Source of the DNA: an uncultured Bacteroidales bacterium | GTDB taxonomy: Bacteria; Bacteroidota; Bacteroidia; Bacteroidales; GCA-2748055 | Length of the DNA: 64,000 nucleotides | Direction of reading: 5' to 3' | Assembly: GCA_963809925.1 (NCBI GenBank) | Contig: CAWELH010000005.1 | Span: forward strand, 87,196 to 151,195 | Shown here: piece after piece, positions 9,173 to 19,806 of the stretch | Numbering within the stretch: position 1 is the stretch's first letter | Layout of the letters: every line of letters begins with the position of its first letter | Notes under the pieces: model-generated | Told to the model about the DNA's origin: nothing | Database searches by the model: none | The model's input: only the letters and a program-made list of their open reading frames with translations | Position numbers and translations under genes: made by a program

Positions 9173-11402
9173 CGGCTGATAGTTTAAATGAAGCTTCCTG
9201 AACATCGTTTGAGTTCGTGCCGACAAAGACATTGAAATCACCTGCCTCGGCAACAAAATCCATCTTGTCATTGAAGAAGCGAAGATCGTCAGAGGTCAGT
9301 TCAAAGCTAACCTCCACACTTTCGCCCTTCCTGATCATGACTTTTTTGAATCCCTTCAATTCTTTGACCGGTCTTGTAACGCTCCCAACCAGATCGCGCA
9401 CGTACATCTGAACCACTTCTTCCCCGTCAAAGTCGCCGGTATTGGTAACCTTTACCGATATCGTCAGGGGCTCGCCAAAGCCAATTTCATTTTTACTGAG
9501 GGTAATCGCTGAATAAGCAAATGTGGTATAACTTAGCCCGTAGCCGAAAGGATAAAGCGGATCGTTCGGGATATCCAGGTACCTTGATGTAAAGAACTGA
9601 TCGTCTTCAAATGGTCTTCCTGTGTTTTTATGATTGTAATATACAGGAATCTGACCCACCGTGAGAGGGATACTGACTGGCAATTTCCCTGAAGGAACAT
9701 AGTCACCGAAGATGACATCAGCAATAGCATCACCGCCTTCAGTACCAAGAAACCATGTTTCGAGGATGGCAGGCATATTGTTTGCTGTCCATTCCATCGT
9801 TACCGGCCTTCCGTTCATAAGGACAACGACAACAGGTTTACCTGTTTTATGAATTTCCCTGATCAGGTCAACCTGTACACCGGGAATGTCAATGTAGGCT
9901 CTGGAATGCGCTTCACCGCTCATCATCCCGCCTTCCCCAACTGCAAGGATTACTACATCCGCACTGCGGGCGGCAGAAACGGCTTCGGCAAATCCTGTTT
10001 TTGAATCGCCAGTGATATCGCAGCCTTTGGCATAAATTACCTTTGCATCCGGAACCTTTTTCCCGATCCCGGTCAGGAGGCTTACTGCCTCTTCAGGTCG
10101 CCCCTTGGCACTCCAGTTGGAGAGGAGGTCGGCTTGTGAATCGCCCAGGGGTCCAATTACGGCAATGGTATGCGTCTTTTTTGAGAGCGGAAGTAATTTA
10201 TCCTCATTCTTAAGCAGAACAATAGATTTCCGGGCAATGTCCCTGGCATGATCAACATGTGCCGGAGCAAAAAGCATCTCCTTTTCCCTTTCCGGAGAGC
10301 AATAGCGGTAGGGATCGTCGAACAGTCCCAGTTTAAACTTGATCCGCAGGATTCTCCGCACGGCATCGTCGACCAGTTTTTCGTCCACAACCCCTGATTT
10401 CACGAGTCCAGGCAGGAAATCGAGGTATGATTTCGAACACATATCCATATCACTCCCGGCCTTGATAGCGATCTCAGCTGCACCTTCCCGGTCGGCCGCT
10501 ACCCCATGGTTCACCATTTCGCCAATGCTATTCCAGTCGGAGACTACGAATCCCTTGAATCCCCATTCACCCTTAAGTTTATCCCTTAGAATATACGCAT
10601 TGCCTGATGCAGGAATGCCGGCAATTTCATTGAACGAATTCATGAGCGTACCCACTCCTGCATCCACTGCTGCAAGGAAGGGTCTCAGGTAAATTTCATT
10701 CAGCGTGCGCTCCGACATATCGACTGTGTTGTAATCACGTCCTCCTTCAGCGGCACCATAGGCGGCATAATGTTTAGCGCAAGCCACAATGCTGTTGTTA
10801 TCCGATAGATTTTCACCCTGGAAACCTTCAACCCTTGCTTTTGCAACCATACTTCCAAAGAATGGATCCTCTCCGGCACCTTCCATGATCCTGCCCCACC
10901 GTGGGTCCCTGGCGATATCTACCATGGGTGCAAAGGTCCATTGCACACCCTGGGCTGAGGCCTCTATGGCTGCTATACGTGCCGATTCCCTGATGCCGGC
11001 CGTATCCCAGCTGGCAGCTTCTCCCAGAGGTATCGGGAAAATGGTTCGGTAACCATGGATCACGTCGAGTCCGAAAATCAAGGGAATACCAAGACGGGTA
11101 TCATTCACCGCAATCTCCTGTGCTTCCCTGGTTTTATCGGCGCCCACAAGATTCAGGATCGATCCGATCTTTCCGTTACGAAGATCTTTAAAGTCATCTC
11201 CCGTTCCAAGGACAGGTCCGGTAGCTTCCCCCCCGGTGCTGATCTGGTTCATCTGTCCCACCTTTTCCTCTAGTGTCATTTTTGCAAGAACGGAATCCAC
11301 TCTGCGTTCAATTTCCTGATCGGCTGACGATATTTCAGGGCCTCTGTTACAGGAAATAATGAGGGTCAATAACCCGGTTAAAAGTACATTCTTATTTATC
11401 AT
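9156..11402 (-). CDS. bglX: GH3 beta-glucosidase (BglX type), lipoprotein
   Basis: MTLEEKVGQM, DVIHG, ARDPRWGR, CAKHY, VVSDW (nucleophile), PLYPFGYGLSYT, C-terminal Fn3-like domain, lipobox IISC. Start at 11402 supported by the upstream promoter box. Confidence 0.93.
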   Translation of the reverse strand: MINKNVLLTGLLTLIISCNRGPEISSADQEIERRVDSVLAKMTLEEKVGQMNQISTGGEATGPVLGTGDDFKDLRNGKIGSILNLVGADKTREAQEIAVNDTRLGIPLIFGLDVIHGYRTIFPIPLGEAASWDTAGIRESARIAAIEASAQGVQWTFAPMVDIARDPRWGRIMEGAGEDPFFGSMVAKARVEGFQGENLSDNNSIVACAKHYAAYGAAEGGRDYNTVDMSERTLNEIYLRPFLAAVDAGVGTLMNSFNEIAGIPASGNAYILRDKLKGEWGFKGFVVSDWNSIGEMVNHGVAADREGAAEIAIKAGSDMDMCSKSYLDFLPGLVKSGVVDEKLVDDAVRRILRIKFKLGLFDDPYRYCSPEREKEMLFAPAHVDHARDIARKSIVLLKNEDKLLPLSKKTHTIAVIGPLGDSQADLLSNWSAKGRPEEAVSLLTGIGKKVPDAKVIYAKGCDITGDSKTGFAEAVSAARSADVVILAVGEGGMMSGEAHSRAYIDIPGVQVDLIREIHKTGKPVVVVLMNGRPVTMEWTANNMPAILETWFLGTEGGDAIADVIFGDYVPSGKLPVSIPLTVGQIPVYYNHKNTGRPFEDDQFFTSRYLDIPNDPLYPFGYGLSYTTFAYSAITLSKNEIGFGEPLTISVKVTNTGDFDGEEVVQMYVRDLVGSVTRPVKELKGFKKVMIRKGESVEVSFELTSDDLRFFNDKMDFVAEAGDFNVFVGTNSNDVQEASFKLSADDHKK

Positions 11403-11426
11403 GCTTCTGATTTTTTCTATTGCCGC

Positions 11427-11434
11427 CAAAGATA
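11427..11434 (-). promoter_or_regulatory. -7 promoter element for bglX-GH30
   Basis: TATCTTTG on the minus strand (TAnnTTTG), 25 bp upstream of ATG 11402. Confidence 0.55.
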
Positions 11435-11507
11435 GTAAAGCCGGTGGCTAAAATGAAACAATACTAGTTTACTCTTTTTAATTGTAATTTACGGTCAGTG
11501 TTGTGTA

Positions 11508-13946
11508 TTAACCCATTATAACTTCAACCTCATTTACAGTGTTTTCGGATTGGACCGGGATAATTCCTGATTTCAAAATTTTTCCATTCAGGGTTATCGA
11601 TTTAATGCCTTTGCTGACACCTCCGGGGTTTAAAACTTTGATATGGTAAACTGAACCTCGGAATTTCCTGGTAACGGTAAAACCTTTCCATTTACCGGGG
11701 ATACAAGGATCAATTTTCAGGCCGTCAAAAACAGGCTGAATGCCAAGAATATAACGACTAATCGCATAAAAATTCCAGGCTGCGGTACCCGTCAGCCATG
11801 AGTTTTTTGCTTCTCCGGGACGGTAAGCATCTTTACCGGCGATCATCTGTGAATATACGTATGGTTCTGTTTTATGAAGATCGCTAATCTCCTCGAGGTA
11901 AGAAGGCGCAATCTTGCTGTAGTATTCGAATGCCCTATTTCCGTTGCCAAGTATTGTCTCTGCGATCATGATCCATGGATTATTGTGGCAGAAGATCCCA
12001 GCATTCTCTTTATATCCGGGAGGATAGCTGGTGATCTCGCCCATCTCAATGTGATATCTGGTAAATGCCGGGTTGTTCAAAACGATGCCATATTCACAGT
12101 CGAGGTGTTTTTTGACTGAATCCATTGCTTTTTGTGCCCTTCCATCCTCTCTGCCAATACCGGCCATGACACAGAACCCCTGGGGTTCAATAAATATCTT
12201 GCCCTCCTCATTTTTTGAGGATCCGACAGGTTCACCAAAATGATTATAGGCACGCAGAAACCATTCTCCGTCCCATCCGGCTTCGTCAATGGCAAGCTTC
12301 ATCCTTGCAATCTGTTGTCGTGCTGAATCCGCTTCATCCATCAGCCCAAGCTTTTCACATAACGAAACATATTCCTCTCCATAGAATACGAACATCCCGG
12401 CGATCAATACCGATTCGGCCTTTCCCCCTTCCCTGTTCTCCGTTGTCTGGTAAGACTCATCAGGGTCATTGCTGAAACAGTTCAGATTCAGACAATCGTT
12501 CCAATCTGCACGTCCGATCAACGGCAACTGGTTTGATCCAAGGTTATCCACAACGTGGTTGAACGAACGCTTGAGATGCTCGAGCAAGGGAGCCGCAGTG
12601 GATTCATCATTATTAAAGGGCACGTTTTCGTCAAGAATGGAATAGTCGCCGGTTTCCCTGACATATGCAACGGTTGATCCGATAAGCCAGAGAGGATCGT
12701 CGTTAAAATTTCCGCCGATCTCGCTGTTTCCTTTTTTTGTGAGCGGCTGGTACTGATGCCAGGCTCCGCCGTCTTCAAGTTGCGTGGCCGCCAGATCGAG
12801 GATCCGTTCACGGGCTTTCGCCGGGATCTGATGAACAAAACCAAGCAAGTCCTGGTTGGAGTCCCTGAATCCCATCCCCCGGCCGATGCCGGATTCGAAG
12901 AAAGAAGCGCTTCGCGACATCTGAAAGGTGATCATGCATTGATAGGGATTCCATGTGTTGACCATCCGCATCAGTCTTTTATCCTCATGTACCAGCTGCC
13001 AGGTTGAAAGAATATCATCCCAGTACGACTTCAGATTATTGAATGCCATTTCGACCGCTTTAGCAGATCCATAATCCTTGATGATCTTTTCAGCATTTTC
13101 CTTATTGATCACTCCTTTCGATGCCCATTTCTTTTCCTCATCATTTTCAACATAACCCAAAACAAATACAAGATCGCGGCTTTCCCCTGGTTCGAGGGAA
13201 ATATCAAGACAATGTGATGCGATGGGTGACCAGCCATGAGCGATCGTATCTGAGGATTTGCCGGTAAATACTGAATCCGGACGTTCGAAGCCATTATACA
13301 TACCCATGAATGCATCCCTTTCGGTATCAAAACCCTGAACTGGTGCATTTACCGAATAAAATGCATAGTGATCACGCCGCTCCCTGTATTCCGTTTTATG
13401 ATAAATGACTGAACCTTTCACCTCAACCTCCCCGGTACTGAAATTCCGCTGAAAGTTCGTCATATCATCCTGAGCATTCCACAAACACCATTCGACGAAA
13501 GAAAAGAATTTAAAATCGCGGATCTTTCTTGTATTGTTGGTGAGACGCACCCTCTGTATTTCAGCATCTGTTCCCAGAGGAACCATATACAGCACCTCAC
13601 AGCTCAGACCATTGAGTTCGCTCCTGATTTTTGTGTAACTCAGTCCGTGTCTGCATTCGTAAAAGTCCAACCTGGTTTTCACCGGTTTCCAACCGGGCGA
13701 CCACATTACAAGGTCATTTTCGCGGATGTAGAAATATTTTCCACCGGAATCAACGGGGACATCATTGTACCTGTAGCGTGTTAGTCTCCGGAGCCTGGGA
13801 TCCTTGTAAAAGCTGTATCCCCCGGCCGTATTTGAAATAAGGGAATGAAAATGATCATTCCCCAGGTAATTGATCCAGGGGTAAGGGGTTTCGGGAGTGG
13901 TGATGACATACTCCCGGTTCTTGTCATCAAAATAACCGTATTTCAT
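11508..13946 (-). CDS. cbp: GH94 glycoside phosphorylase, cellobiose phosphorylase-like
   Basis: [27 protein letters not shown]-terminus, [20 protein letters not shown] (catalytic Asp), [22 protein letters not shown]; 812 aa. Confidence 0.92.
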   Translation of the reverse strand: MKYGYFDDKNREYVITTPETPYPWINYLGNDHFHSLISNTAGGYSFYKDPRLRRLTRYRYNDVPVDSGGKYFYIRENDLVMWSPGWKPVKTRLDFYECRHGLSYTKIRSELNGLSCEVLYMVPLGTDAEIQRVRLTNNTRKIRDFKFFSFVEWCLWNAQDDMTNFQRNFSTGEVEVKGSVIYHKTEYRERRDHYAFYSVNAPVQGFDTERDAFMGMYNGFERPDSVFTGKSSDTIAHGWSPIASHCLDISLEPGESRDLVFVLGYVENDEEKKWASKGVINKENAEKIIKDYGSAKAVEMAFNNLKSYWDDILSTWQLVHEDKRLMRMVNTWNPYQCMITFQMSRSASFFESGIGRGMGFRDSNQDLLGFVHQIPAKARERILDLAATQLEDGGAWHQYQPLTKKGNSEIGGNFNDDPLWLIGSTVAYVRETGDYSILDENVPFNNDESTAAPLLEHLKRSFNHVVDNLGSNQLPLIGRADWNDCLNLNCFSNDPDESYQTTENREGGKAESVLIAGMFVFYGEEYVSLCEKLGLMDEADSARQQIARMKLAIDEAGWDGEWFLRAYNHFGEPVGSSKNEEGKIFIEPQGFCVMAGIGREDGRAQKAMDSVKKHLDCEYGIVLNNPAFTRYHIEMGEITSYPPGYKENAGIFCHNNPWIMIAETILGNGNRAFEYYSKIAPSYLEEISDLHKTEPYVYSQMIAGKDAYRPGEAKNSWLTGTAAWNFYAISRYILGIQPVFDGLKIDPCIPGKWKGFTVTRKFRGSVYHIKVLNPGGVSKGIKSITLNGKILKSGIIPVQSENTVNEVEVIMG

Positions 13947-13984
13947 AATCTATTTATATTTAGGCATGAGTTAAAATGCTGAAC

Positions 13985-14695
13985 TCAGCGTTCCCCGCTG
14001 AATCCTTTGACTTCTTTCAGGATGTCCTCCAGGTAGTCGGCCTGGATTTGTTGTATCTCGAGCAGCCGCTTGTTCTGATGATCGATGAGATGATCCATCT
14101 TTTCGTTCAGAATACGGATTTCCAGTTCGGCCTTGAGGTTGACCTTATAATCATGCTCGCTTCGCTGACGGTCTTTTTGTTCCTGCCTGTTCTGACTCAT
14201 CATTATGATGGGAGCCTGGATGGCAGCAAGACACGATAGAATGAGATTCAGCAGGATGAAGGGATAAGGATCAAATGCTGAAGTTGTCAGGGCGATAACA
14301 TTAATAGCCATCCAGATAAGGATAAAGGCAAAAAAGATGATGATAAACGTCCAGCTTCCGCCAAAGATGGCGATATGGTCAGCGATGCGCTGACCAAATG
14401 TTAATTTTTCATTTATCGTATCTTCAATGTTTTCTGACAGTATCTTACTATGTGTAATGGCTTCAACAACTTCAGATTCAAGGGCATCCGCCTCCCCGGT
14501 TTCTTCCTTTATCAGACTGGTGAGATATTGCTTTCTGTATACATTCAGCTCAGAAATAGAAATAAAGGATTCCACGGTAAAATCAGGGTAGTCCTTTTTA
14601 ATTAGTTGAAAAATAGTTCCTCGCAGCATGTCGCCACGGTAGGCTTCAGACGCAGGGACACTTTTTTTTGAGATGTGGCTGATTACATTTTCCAT
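13985..14695 (-). CDS. DUF1003-family membrane protein
   Basis: TFGQRIADHIAIFGGSWTFI, FDPYPFILLNLILSCLAAIQAPIIMMSQNRQ...DYKVNLKAE. Confidence 0.9.
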   Translation of the reverse strand: MENVISHISKKSVPASEAYRGDMLRGTIFQLIKKDYPDFTVESFISISELNVYRKQYLTSLIKEETGEADALESEVVEAITHSKILSENIEDTINEKLTFGQRIADHIAIFGGSWTFIIIFFAFILIWMAINVIALTTSAFDPYPFILLNLILSCLAAIQAPIIMMSQNRQEQKDRQRSEHDYKVNLKAELEIRILNEKMDHLIDHQNKRLLEIQQIQADYLEDILKEVKGFSGER

Positions 14696-15219
14696 TATTT
14701 GTATTGCCTATAATTGAGTTCAGGGCTAAAGCAGCTCAAGGAAAAACGAATATTTGCAGGCGAATAAAGATAATGAATTATAGGTAATGAGGAAAGGAGA
14801 TATGTCACTGATATGTGGATTCCTGAACAGCTGTCTGAGGATAAGGATAAATATGAAATCACATCCTGTTCTGTTATTGGACCGGGGGGCCGGCCTCTGT
14901 AGCCCGCGGCGGCAGAGTATATCAGGCCTGTTAATATAAAAAGATGAATAAAGTAGCGATGCTATTGACAATCAATGATCTTCAGATGTACATTTGAATT
15001 CAGTTTCAAAAAATAAATAGCAAAACCACGAATTCAGTGCGTACCTCCACACTGTTCAGGAAGATTAATCAGACATTGTCTGTAATCGAAAAATTGATTA
15101 AATTGTACCTACAACAAACGGTTTTTTTCATATATCGAAAATTATTACGAATTCCTGGAGATAGTTGCAACATATATTGAGAAGTAGTGCCATGAAAAAT
15201 TTCCTGTTTTTTCCATTGT

Positions 15220-15741
15220 ATGAAATATCTTAAATCAAATAGCAGGGTTGTATTGTTTCTGCTGCTGATAGTTGTCTTGCAAAGTGCGTGTCAGAACAGC
15301 CGGAAACTGATGTCGGGGCAGTCGGGGCCTGGTGTCAGTAATGAAGATGCAGGCCCGGCGCAAATAATTTTTCTTATCTATTCTGCCGAAACAACAAATG
15401 ATACCGACATGTTTAGTATCCACCTCATTGAAAAAACGATTTCAGCGGGTAAAATAAAAGAGCCCTACCCGGTGCCTGTTTCACCTTCGATAAATGATCT
15501 TGAATACACTATTTATGATAAAGATGATCATGTCATCTTTCATAACTATTTACCTGATCCGTTAAAGAAAACTGTGGAGTATGCTGATTCATCCGGAGTA
15601 TTGAATCAAAATGAAATTACCTTGAAGAATGCTGAATTTTTCCTGCGTTTTCAGCTGGAACCTGATGCAGGATATATCGTTATCGCAAAATATAACGGGC
15701 CACATGAAGAGAATTTTCATCTCTTAACTACCAAATTATGA
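15220..15741 (+). CDS. Hypothetical lipoprotein, translationally coupled to the M64 peptidase
   Basis: Hydrophobic signal with lipobox LQSAC; ATGA overlap with the next gene. Confidence 0.7.
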   Translation: MKYLKSNSRVVLFLLLIVVLQSACQNSRKLMSGQSGPGVSNEDAGPAQIIFLIYSAETTNDTDMFSIHLIEKTISAGKIKEPYPVPVSPSINDLEYTIYDKDDHVIFHNYLPDPLKKTVEYADSSGVLNQNEITLKNAEFFLRFQLEPDAGYIVIAKYNGPHEENFHLLTTKL

Positions 15742-18386
15742 TTTATCATGTAGTTAGGTCAACATCATGGATTATCCTTTCCATCCTGATTTTTATTCAG
15801 CCTTCTGTTTTCGCACAGGTATTTGATGTTGACACGCTGCTATGGAGCGGTGATACTGAACGGATGATAAATGTTGTCATCCTTGGCGATGGCTATCAGA
15901 GTCAGGAATTAGCCAAATTTAAGGATGATGCAGGAAATGTAAGCGATAATTTCTTTCTGGAAAAGCCGTTCTCAGAATACAAAGATTTTTTTAATGTATT
16001 TGCCATTGAAGTGCCCTCGAATGAATCCGGTGCTGCACTGAGTCCAAATGCGCTGATTGACAATTATTACGGTAGCAGCTTTGGATACGCCGGGATCGAC
16101 CGTCTGCTGTATCCTTCCAAGATTTCAAAAATCGTGAATGTCCTTGCCACGAATTTCCCGATGTACGATGTCGTCATAATGCTGGTAAATTCAACAAAGT
16201 ATGGCGGTTCAGGCGGCTGGTTGGCCACTGCATCCACGCATCCAGCGGTTATTGAACTGGTTCTCCATGAATCAGCCCATTCATTTGCCAACTTGGCTGA
16301 TGAGTATTGGGCTGGTCCGCAGTATGCGAGGGAAGCACTTAACATGACTCAAGAGACGGATCCTGCTATAGTGAGATGGAAAAACTGGTATGGCGATTTT
16401 GGTATCGGAATATACCCTTACGAGGAATCACCCACGTGGTACAGGCCGCATCAGGGATGCAAGATGCGGTTTCTTGGATCTGATTACTGTTCCGTATGTT
16501 GTGAAGCGATCATCGAGCGAATCCATTCCCTGGCTTCTCCCCTTAACTCCTATTCCCCTGATAATCTTAATATTAAAGCACCAGTTTATCCAATGGAATT
16601 CAACATTGACCTGTTGAAACCCGAACCAAACACCCTGCAGATTACATGGAAGTTAAACGGCATGGATCTTAATATCAGAACGGATTCAATTACAATCAAT
16701 TCACATTATAAGACAGGTTATCCGGATACACTTTTAGTTAACATTGTCGATACCACGGTCCTTGTCCGGGTGGAAGATCATGCATCCAAACATTTTCAAT
16801 CATTGACATGGACGATGGATGATCCCTTTGTACCTGAACTGAGTGTCTCTCCTACTTCGCAAACTGTAGCTGCCGCCGCCGGTGAGGCAGTGTTTACGGT
16901 AACATCAAATATTGAATGGGTGGTGAATGAAAATGCGGACTGGCTCGGCGCCGTTAAAAATGACTCAACAGGTATAACCGTGACATGGGATGAAAATCCC
17001 CTGGTTGTTCCAAGATCTGCAGAGATCACACTTTCGGGTGAAAGTGTTACGCCCCGGATCATAACCATTGAGCAGGAAGGTGCTCTGCCAATACTAAGTG
17101 TCTCTCCAGATTTTCTGCCTGTTGGCGCAGAAGGCGGTGAGATTCAGTTCGTGGTGACGTCGAACATCGACTGGGCGGCAATGGATTCTTCAACATGGCT
17201 GACTGCAGCTAAAACCAGTTCTACTTTGCTCACGGTATCTTGTGATGAGAATACCTCGGTAGAGAAGCGTTCTACTGAAATCACACTAACTGGTGAAGGT
17301 ACTGAATCACAAATCATTACAGTTGAACAGGAAGGAGCCACGCCGATACTCGTCGTATCACCGGAGTTACATACTCTGGATGCAGCCGGAGGGCAGGCTG
17401 AATTTATGGTGACCTCAAATATTGACTGGACAGCTGAAGAAAATGCAGAATGGATGACTATTGAAGAAACTGCTCCCGACAACCTGACCGTAACCTGTGA
17501 GGAGAATTTGAGCATTTATTCCAGGTCTGCTGAAATCACGCTTACGGGAGCAGGAGTTGCAAGATTGGTTGTCGCAGTGGAACAGGAAGGTGCCGAGCCC
17601 GTACTGGAAGTTTTACCGGGCATTCAAACAATTAACGCTACCGGGGGACAGCTTGAGTTCCTCGTGAATTCTAATTTTGACTGGACGTCAAATGAATCTG
17701 CACCATGGCTTGAAGTGGTGAAAATCAGTTCTACCCTTCTTACCGTTTTCTGTGATGAGAATTTATCTGTTGAAAAGCGCTCTGCCGGGATTACGCTTAC
17801 CGGAGAAGGTGATTTGTCACGGACTTTATCGGTTGAACAGGATGGAGCATCGCCCTATCTAACGGTGTCTCCCTTTGAAATTACAGTTAGTGCCGATGCC
17901 GGCACGGTGCCAATCACTGTTTCCAGCAATCTACCATGGGAATTCATTGAAACCTCCGACTGGTTGTCCTGTACAAGTGCAGATGACAGTATCCTCACCA
18001 TATCTTATGAAGAGAATCCACTTGCTGCCGAACGAACAACAACGATAGATATTTCGTCTGAAATGACGGATCCGTTATCAGTCCTGCTCACCCAGGAAGG
18101 AAATACCACCTCCACTCAGCCTTCCGGACTGAAAAGCACTCCCGTGAATATTTATCCCAACCCGGTAGATAATATTTTATATATTGTATCAAAAGAAGGC
18201 GTATATTCAAAAACTATCATATCCATATCAAATGCTTCGGGTAAGGTTATGTACATGAAATCTGAAGATTCCATTTTGCCGGAAGAACGGATCGCACTTG
18301 ATATTTCCAAATTTGAAACTGGAATCTACTTCTTGAAAATTGAAAATGCCACGATTATCATCATCCATAAAATAATCAAAAACTAA
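15738..18386 (+). CDS. Secreted M64-family (IgA peptidase-like) zinc metallopeptidase with five BACON-like repeats and a T9SS type A C-terminal domain
   Basis: Signal peptide; INVVILGDGY; YGGSG; HESAHSFANLADEY zinc motif; CKMR...CSVC; five ~85-aa repeats (PxLxVSP...VTSNxxW...WL...N....R...I.....EQEG); IYPNP...GIYFLKI...KIIK tail. Confidence 0.88.
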   Translation: MIYHVVRSTSWIILSILIFIQPSVFAQVFDVDTLLWSGDTERMINVVILGDGYQSQELAKFKDDAGNVSDNFFLEKPFSEYKDFFNVFAIEVPSNESGAALSPNALIDNYYGSSFGYAGIDRLLYPSKISKIVNVLATNFPMYDVVIMLVNSTKYGGSGGWLATASTHPAVIELVLHESAHSFANLADEYWAGPQYAREALNMTQETDPAIVRWKNWYGDFGIGIYPYEESPTWYRPHQGCKMRFLGSDYCSVCCEAIIERIHSLASPLNSYSPDNLNIKAPVYPMEFNIDLLKPEPNTLQITWKLNGMDLNIRTDSITINSHYKTGYPDTLLVNIVDTTVLVRVEDHASKHFQSLTWTMDDPFVPELSVSPTSQTVAAAAGEAVFTVTSNIEWVVNENADWLGAVKNDSTGITVTWDENPLVVPRSAEITLSGESVTPRIITIEQEGALPILSVSPDFLPVGAEGGEIQFVVTSNIDWAAMDSSTWLTAAKTSSTLLTVSCDENTSVEKRSTEITLTGEGTESQIITVEQEGATPILVVSPELHTLDAAGGQAEFMVTSNIDWTAEENAEWMTIEETAPDNLTVTCEENLSIYSRSAEITLTGAGVARLVVAVEQEGAEPVLEVLPGIQTINATGGQLEFLVNSNFDWTSNESAPWLEVVKISSTLLTVFCDENLSVEKRSAGITLTGEGDLSRTLSVEQDGASPYLTVSPFEITVSADAGTVPITVSSNLPWEFIETSDWLSCTSADDSILTISYEENPLAAERTTTIDISSEMTDPLSVLLTQEGNTTSTQPSGLKSTPVNIYPNPVDNILYIVSKEGVYSKTIISISNASGKVMYMKSEDSILPEERIALDISKFETGIYFLKIENATIIIIHKIIKN

Positions 18387-18387
18387 T

Positions 18388-18651
18388 ATGAGAATCATTT
18401 TTTTTAAGAGTAGTACCAAGATTCCGGATCTCTCCAAACCCGGTAAAAAAAGGCTGTTCCGAACCATGAATATCGTCCTGTTTTCAGGAGGCGTAATCCT
18501 TATTGCAAGCCTGCTCCTCCTGCTGAGCAATCTGGAAAATGCCGATCGTATTATTTTTTATATCATACCTGGATTTTTCATAGGAATGGTTCTCATCATG
18601 ATCTACTATTTCGGTTTCCGTAAACTTAACAACAACACAAAGGATCATTAA
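18388..18651 (+). CDS. Small two-TM membrane protein, hypothetical
   Basis: 87 aa with two hydrophobic helices; starts 1 bp after the M64 stop. Confidence 0.55.
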   Translation: MRIIFFKSSTKIPDLSKPGKKRLFRTMNIVLFSGGVILIASLLLLLSNLENADRIIFYIIPGFFIGMVLIMIYYFGFRKLNNNTKDH

Positions 18652-18904
18652 AAGCAAATCTTGCAAAAATCCTGCATTTTCTAATAAAAAGGGCCAGCTA
18701 CTGCGCCTAACCCCGTTCACAGCCAGAGCCCGGCCTTTTCCATTCTAGCCGGCAGAAACAGTCTGCAAATTTTCCCGGAGAATTTTTAAATTCTGTGGTT
18801 CTGTATCCCTACGGGAACAATCGTGAACTTCCCCTGTTACCATCTTTGATAGCCTGTCCAAAACGGGATAATATTTATATGTATCTTGTTTAAACATCAC
18901 AATC

Positions 18905-19699
18905 ATGGATTTAAAGTTGCGCAATAAGACAGCCTTCATCAGTGGCTCGACAAAAGGCATTGGATTTGGCATTGCAAAGAAATTGCTTGAAGAAGGTGCA
19001 AAGGTAATTATCAACGGAAGAAATCCTGAGAGTGTGGAAACGGCCCTTCGGGATCTTCACTCCCTGGGACACACATCTTCCGTTTCAGGAATTTCCGCAG
19101 ATTTTTCAAATGCGGATGATGTGGAAAAACTGGCAAATGAGCTGCCCCAGCTCGACATCCTGGTCAATAATGTTGGTCTTTACGAGCCCAAGGCTTTTGA
19201 AGATATTACCGATGATGACTGGTACAAAGCCTTTGGAATAAATGTTATGAGCGGAGTAAGATTATCGAGACATGTCCTGCCGCAGATGCTAAAAAGAAAC
19301 CAGGGCAGAATCATCTTTATCTCCAGCGAATCTGCCATATTCATTCCCGGGGAGATGTTACACTATGGTGTGACCAAGACCGCCATTCTGGCGGTATCGA
19401 GGGGGCTGGCAGAATTGACCATAAATACAGGTGTCACCGTCAACACGATTCTTCCCGGTCCAACTAAAACCGAAGGCACTATCGACTTTCTAAATGAACT
19501 GGCAAAGACGGATCGGATCACTCCTGAGCAGGCAGAAAAAGAATTTTTCAAAACCAAAAGACCTTCCTCCCTTATTCAACGGCATGCCCTGGTAGAGGAG
19601 GTAGCCAACACGGTTGTATATTTTGCCAGTCCGTTGTCATCTGCCACCAATGGGGCTGTTATTCGGGTTGAAGGAGGAATTCTCAGGTCGGTGGTGTAA
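18905..19699 (+). CDS. Short-chain dehydrogenase/reductase (YvrD-like)
   Basis: SGSTKGIG, LVNNVG, HYGVTK (YxxxK), VNTILPGPT. Confidence 0.9.
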   Translation: MDLKLRNKTAFISGSTKGIGFGIAKKLLEEGAKVIINGRNPESVETALRDLHSLGHTSSVSGISADFSNADDVEKLANELPQLDILVNNVGLYEPKAFEDITDDDWYKAFGINVMSGVRLSRHVLPQMLKRNQGRIIFISSESAIFIPGEMLHYGVTKTAILAVSRGLAELTINTGVTVNTILPGPTKTEGTIDFLNELAKTDRITPEQAEKEFFKTKRPSSLIQRHALVEEVANTVVYFASPLSSATNGAVIRVEGGILRSVV

Positions 19700-19806
19700 G
19701 AAAAATAATAAACGGTCCAAACCGGTCCTGAAATTCGGGAACACCATTATCTTATAATCCTCAAAGGGAATAGCATGCGTACAGCAACCGTAATTGTCCA
19801 GGGTGT

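Noticed and set aside
14726-14971. 81-aa minus-strand ORF in the intergenic region
   Set aside because: Non-ATG start, no recognisable motif and atypical composition; it overlaps the candidate structured element.
16796-17515. Long antisense ORFs over the BACON repeats and other genes (e.g. 27090-27593, 29113-29622)
   Set aside because: Reverse-frame shadows of well-supported genes, with no independent coding signal.
18697-18739. AAAAGGGCC...GGCCTTTT possible terminator after the M64 operon
   Set aside because: Long unpaired loop and imperfect stem; too weak to call.
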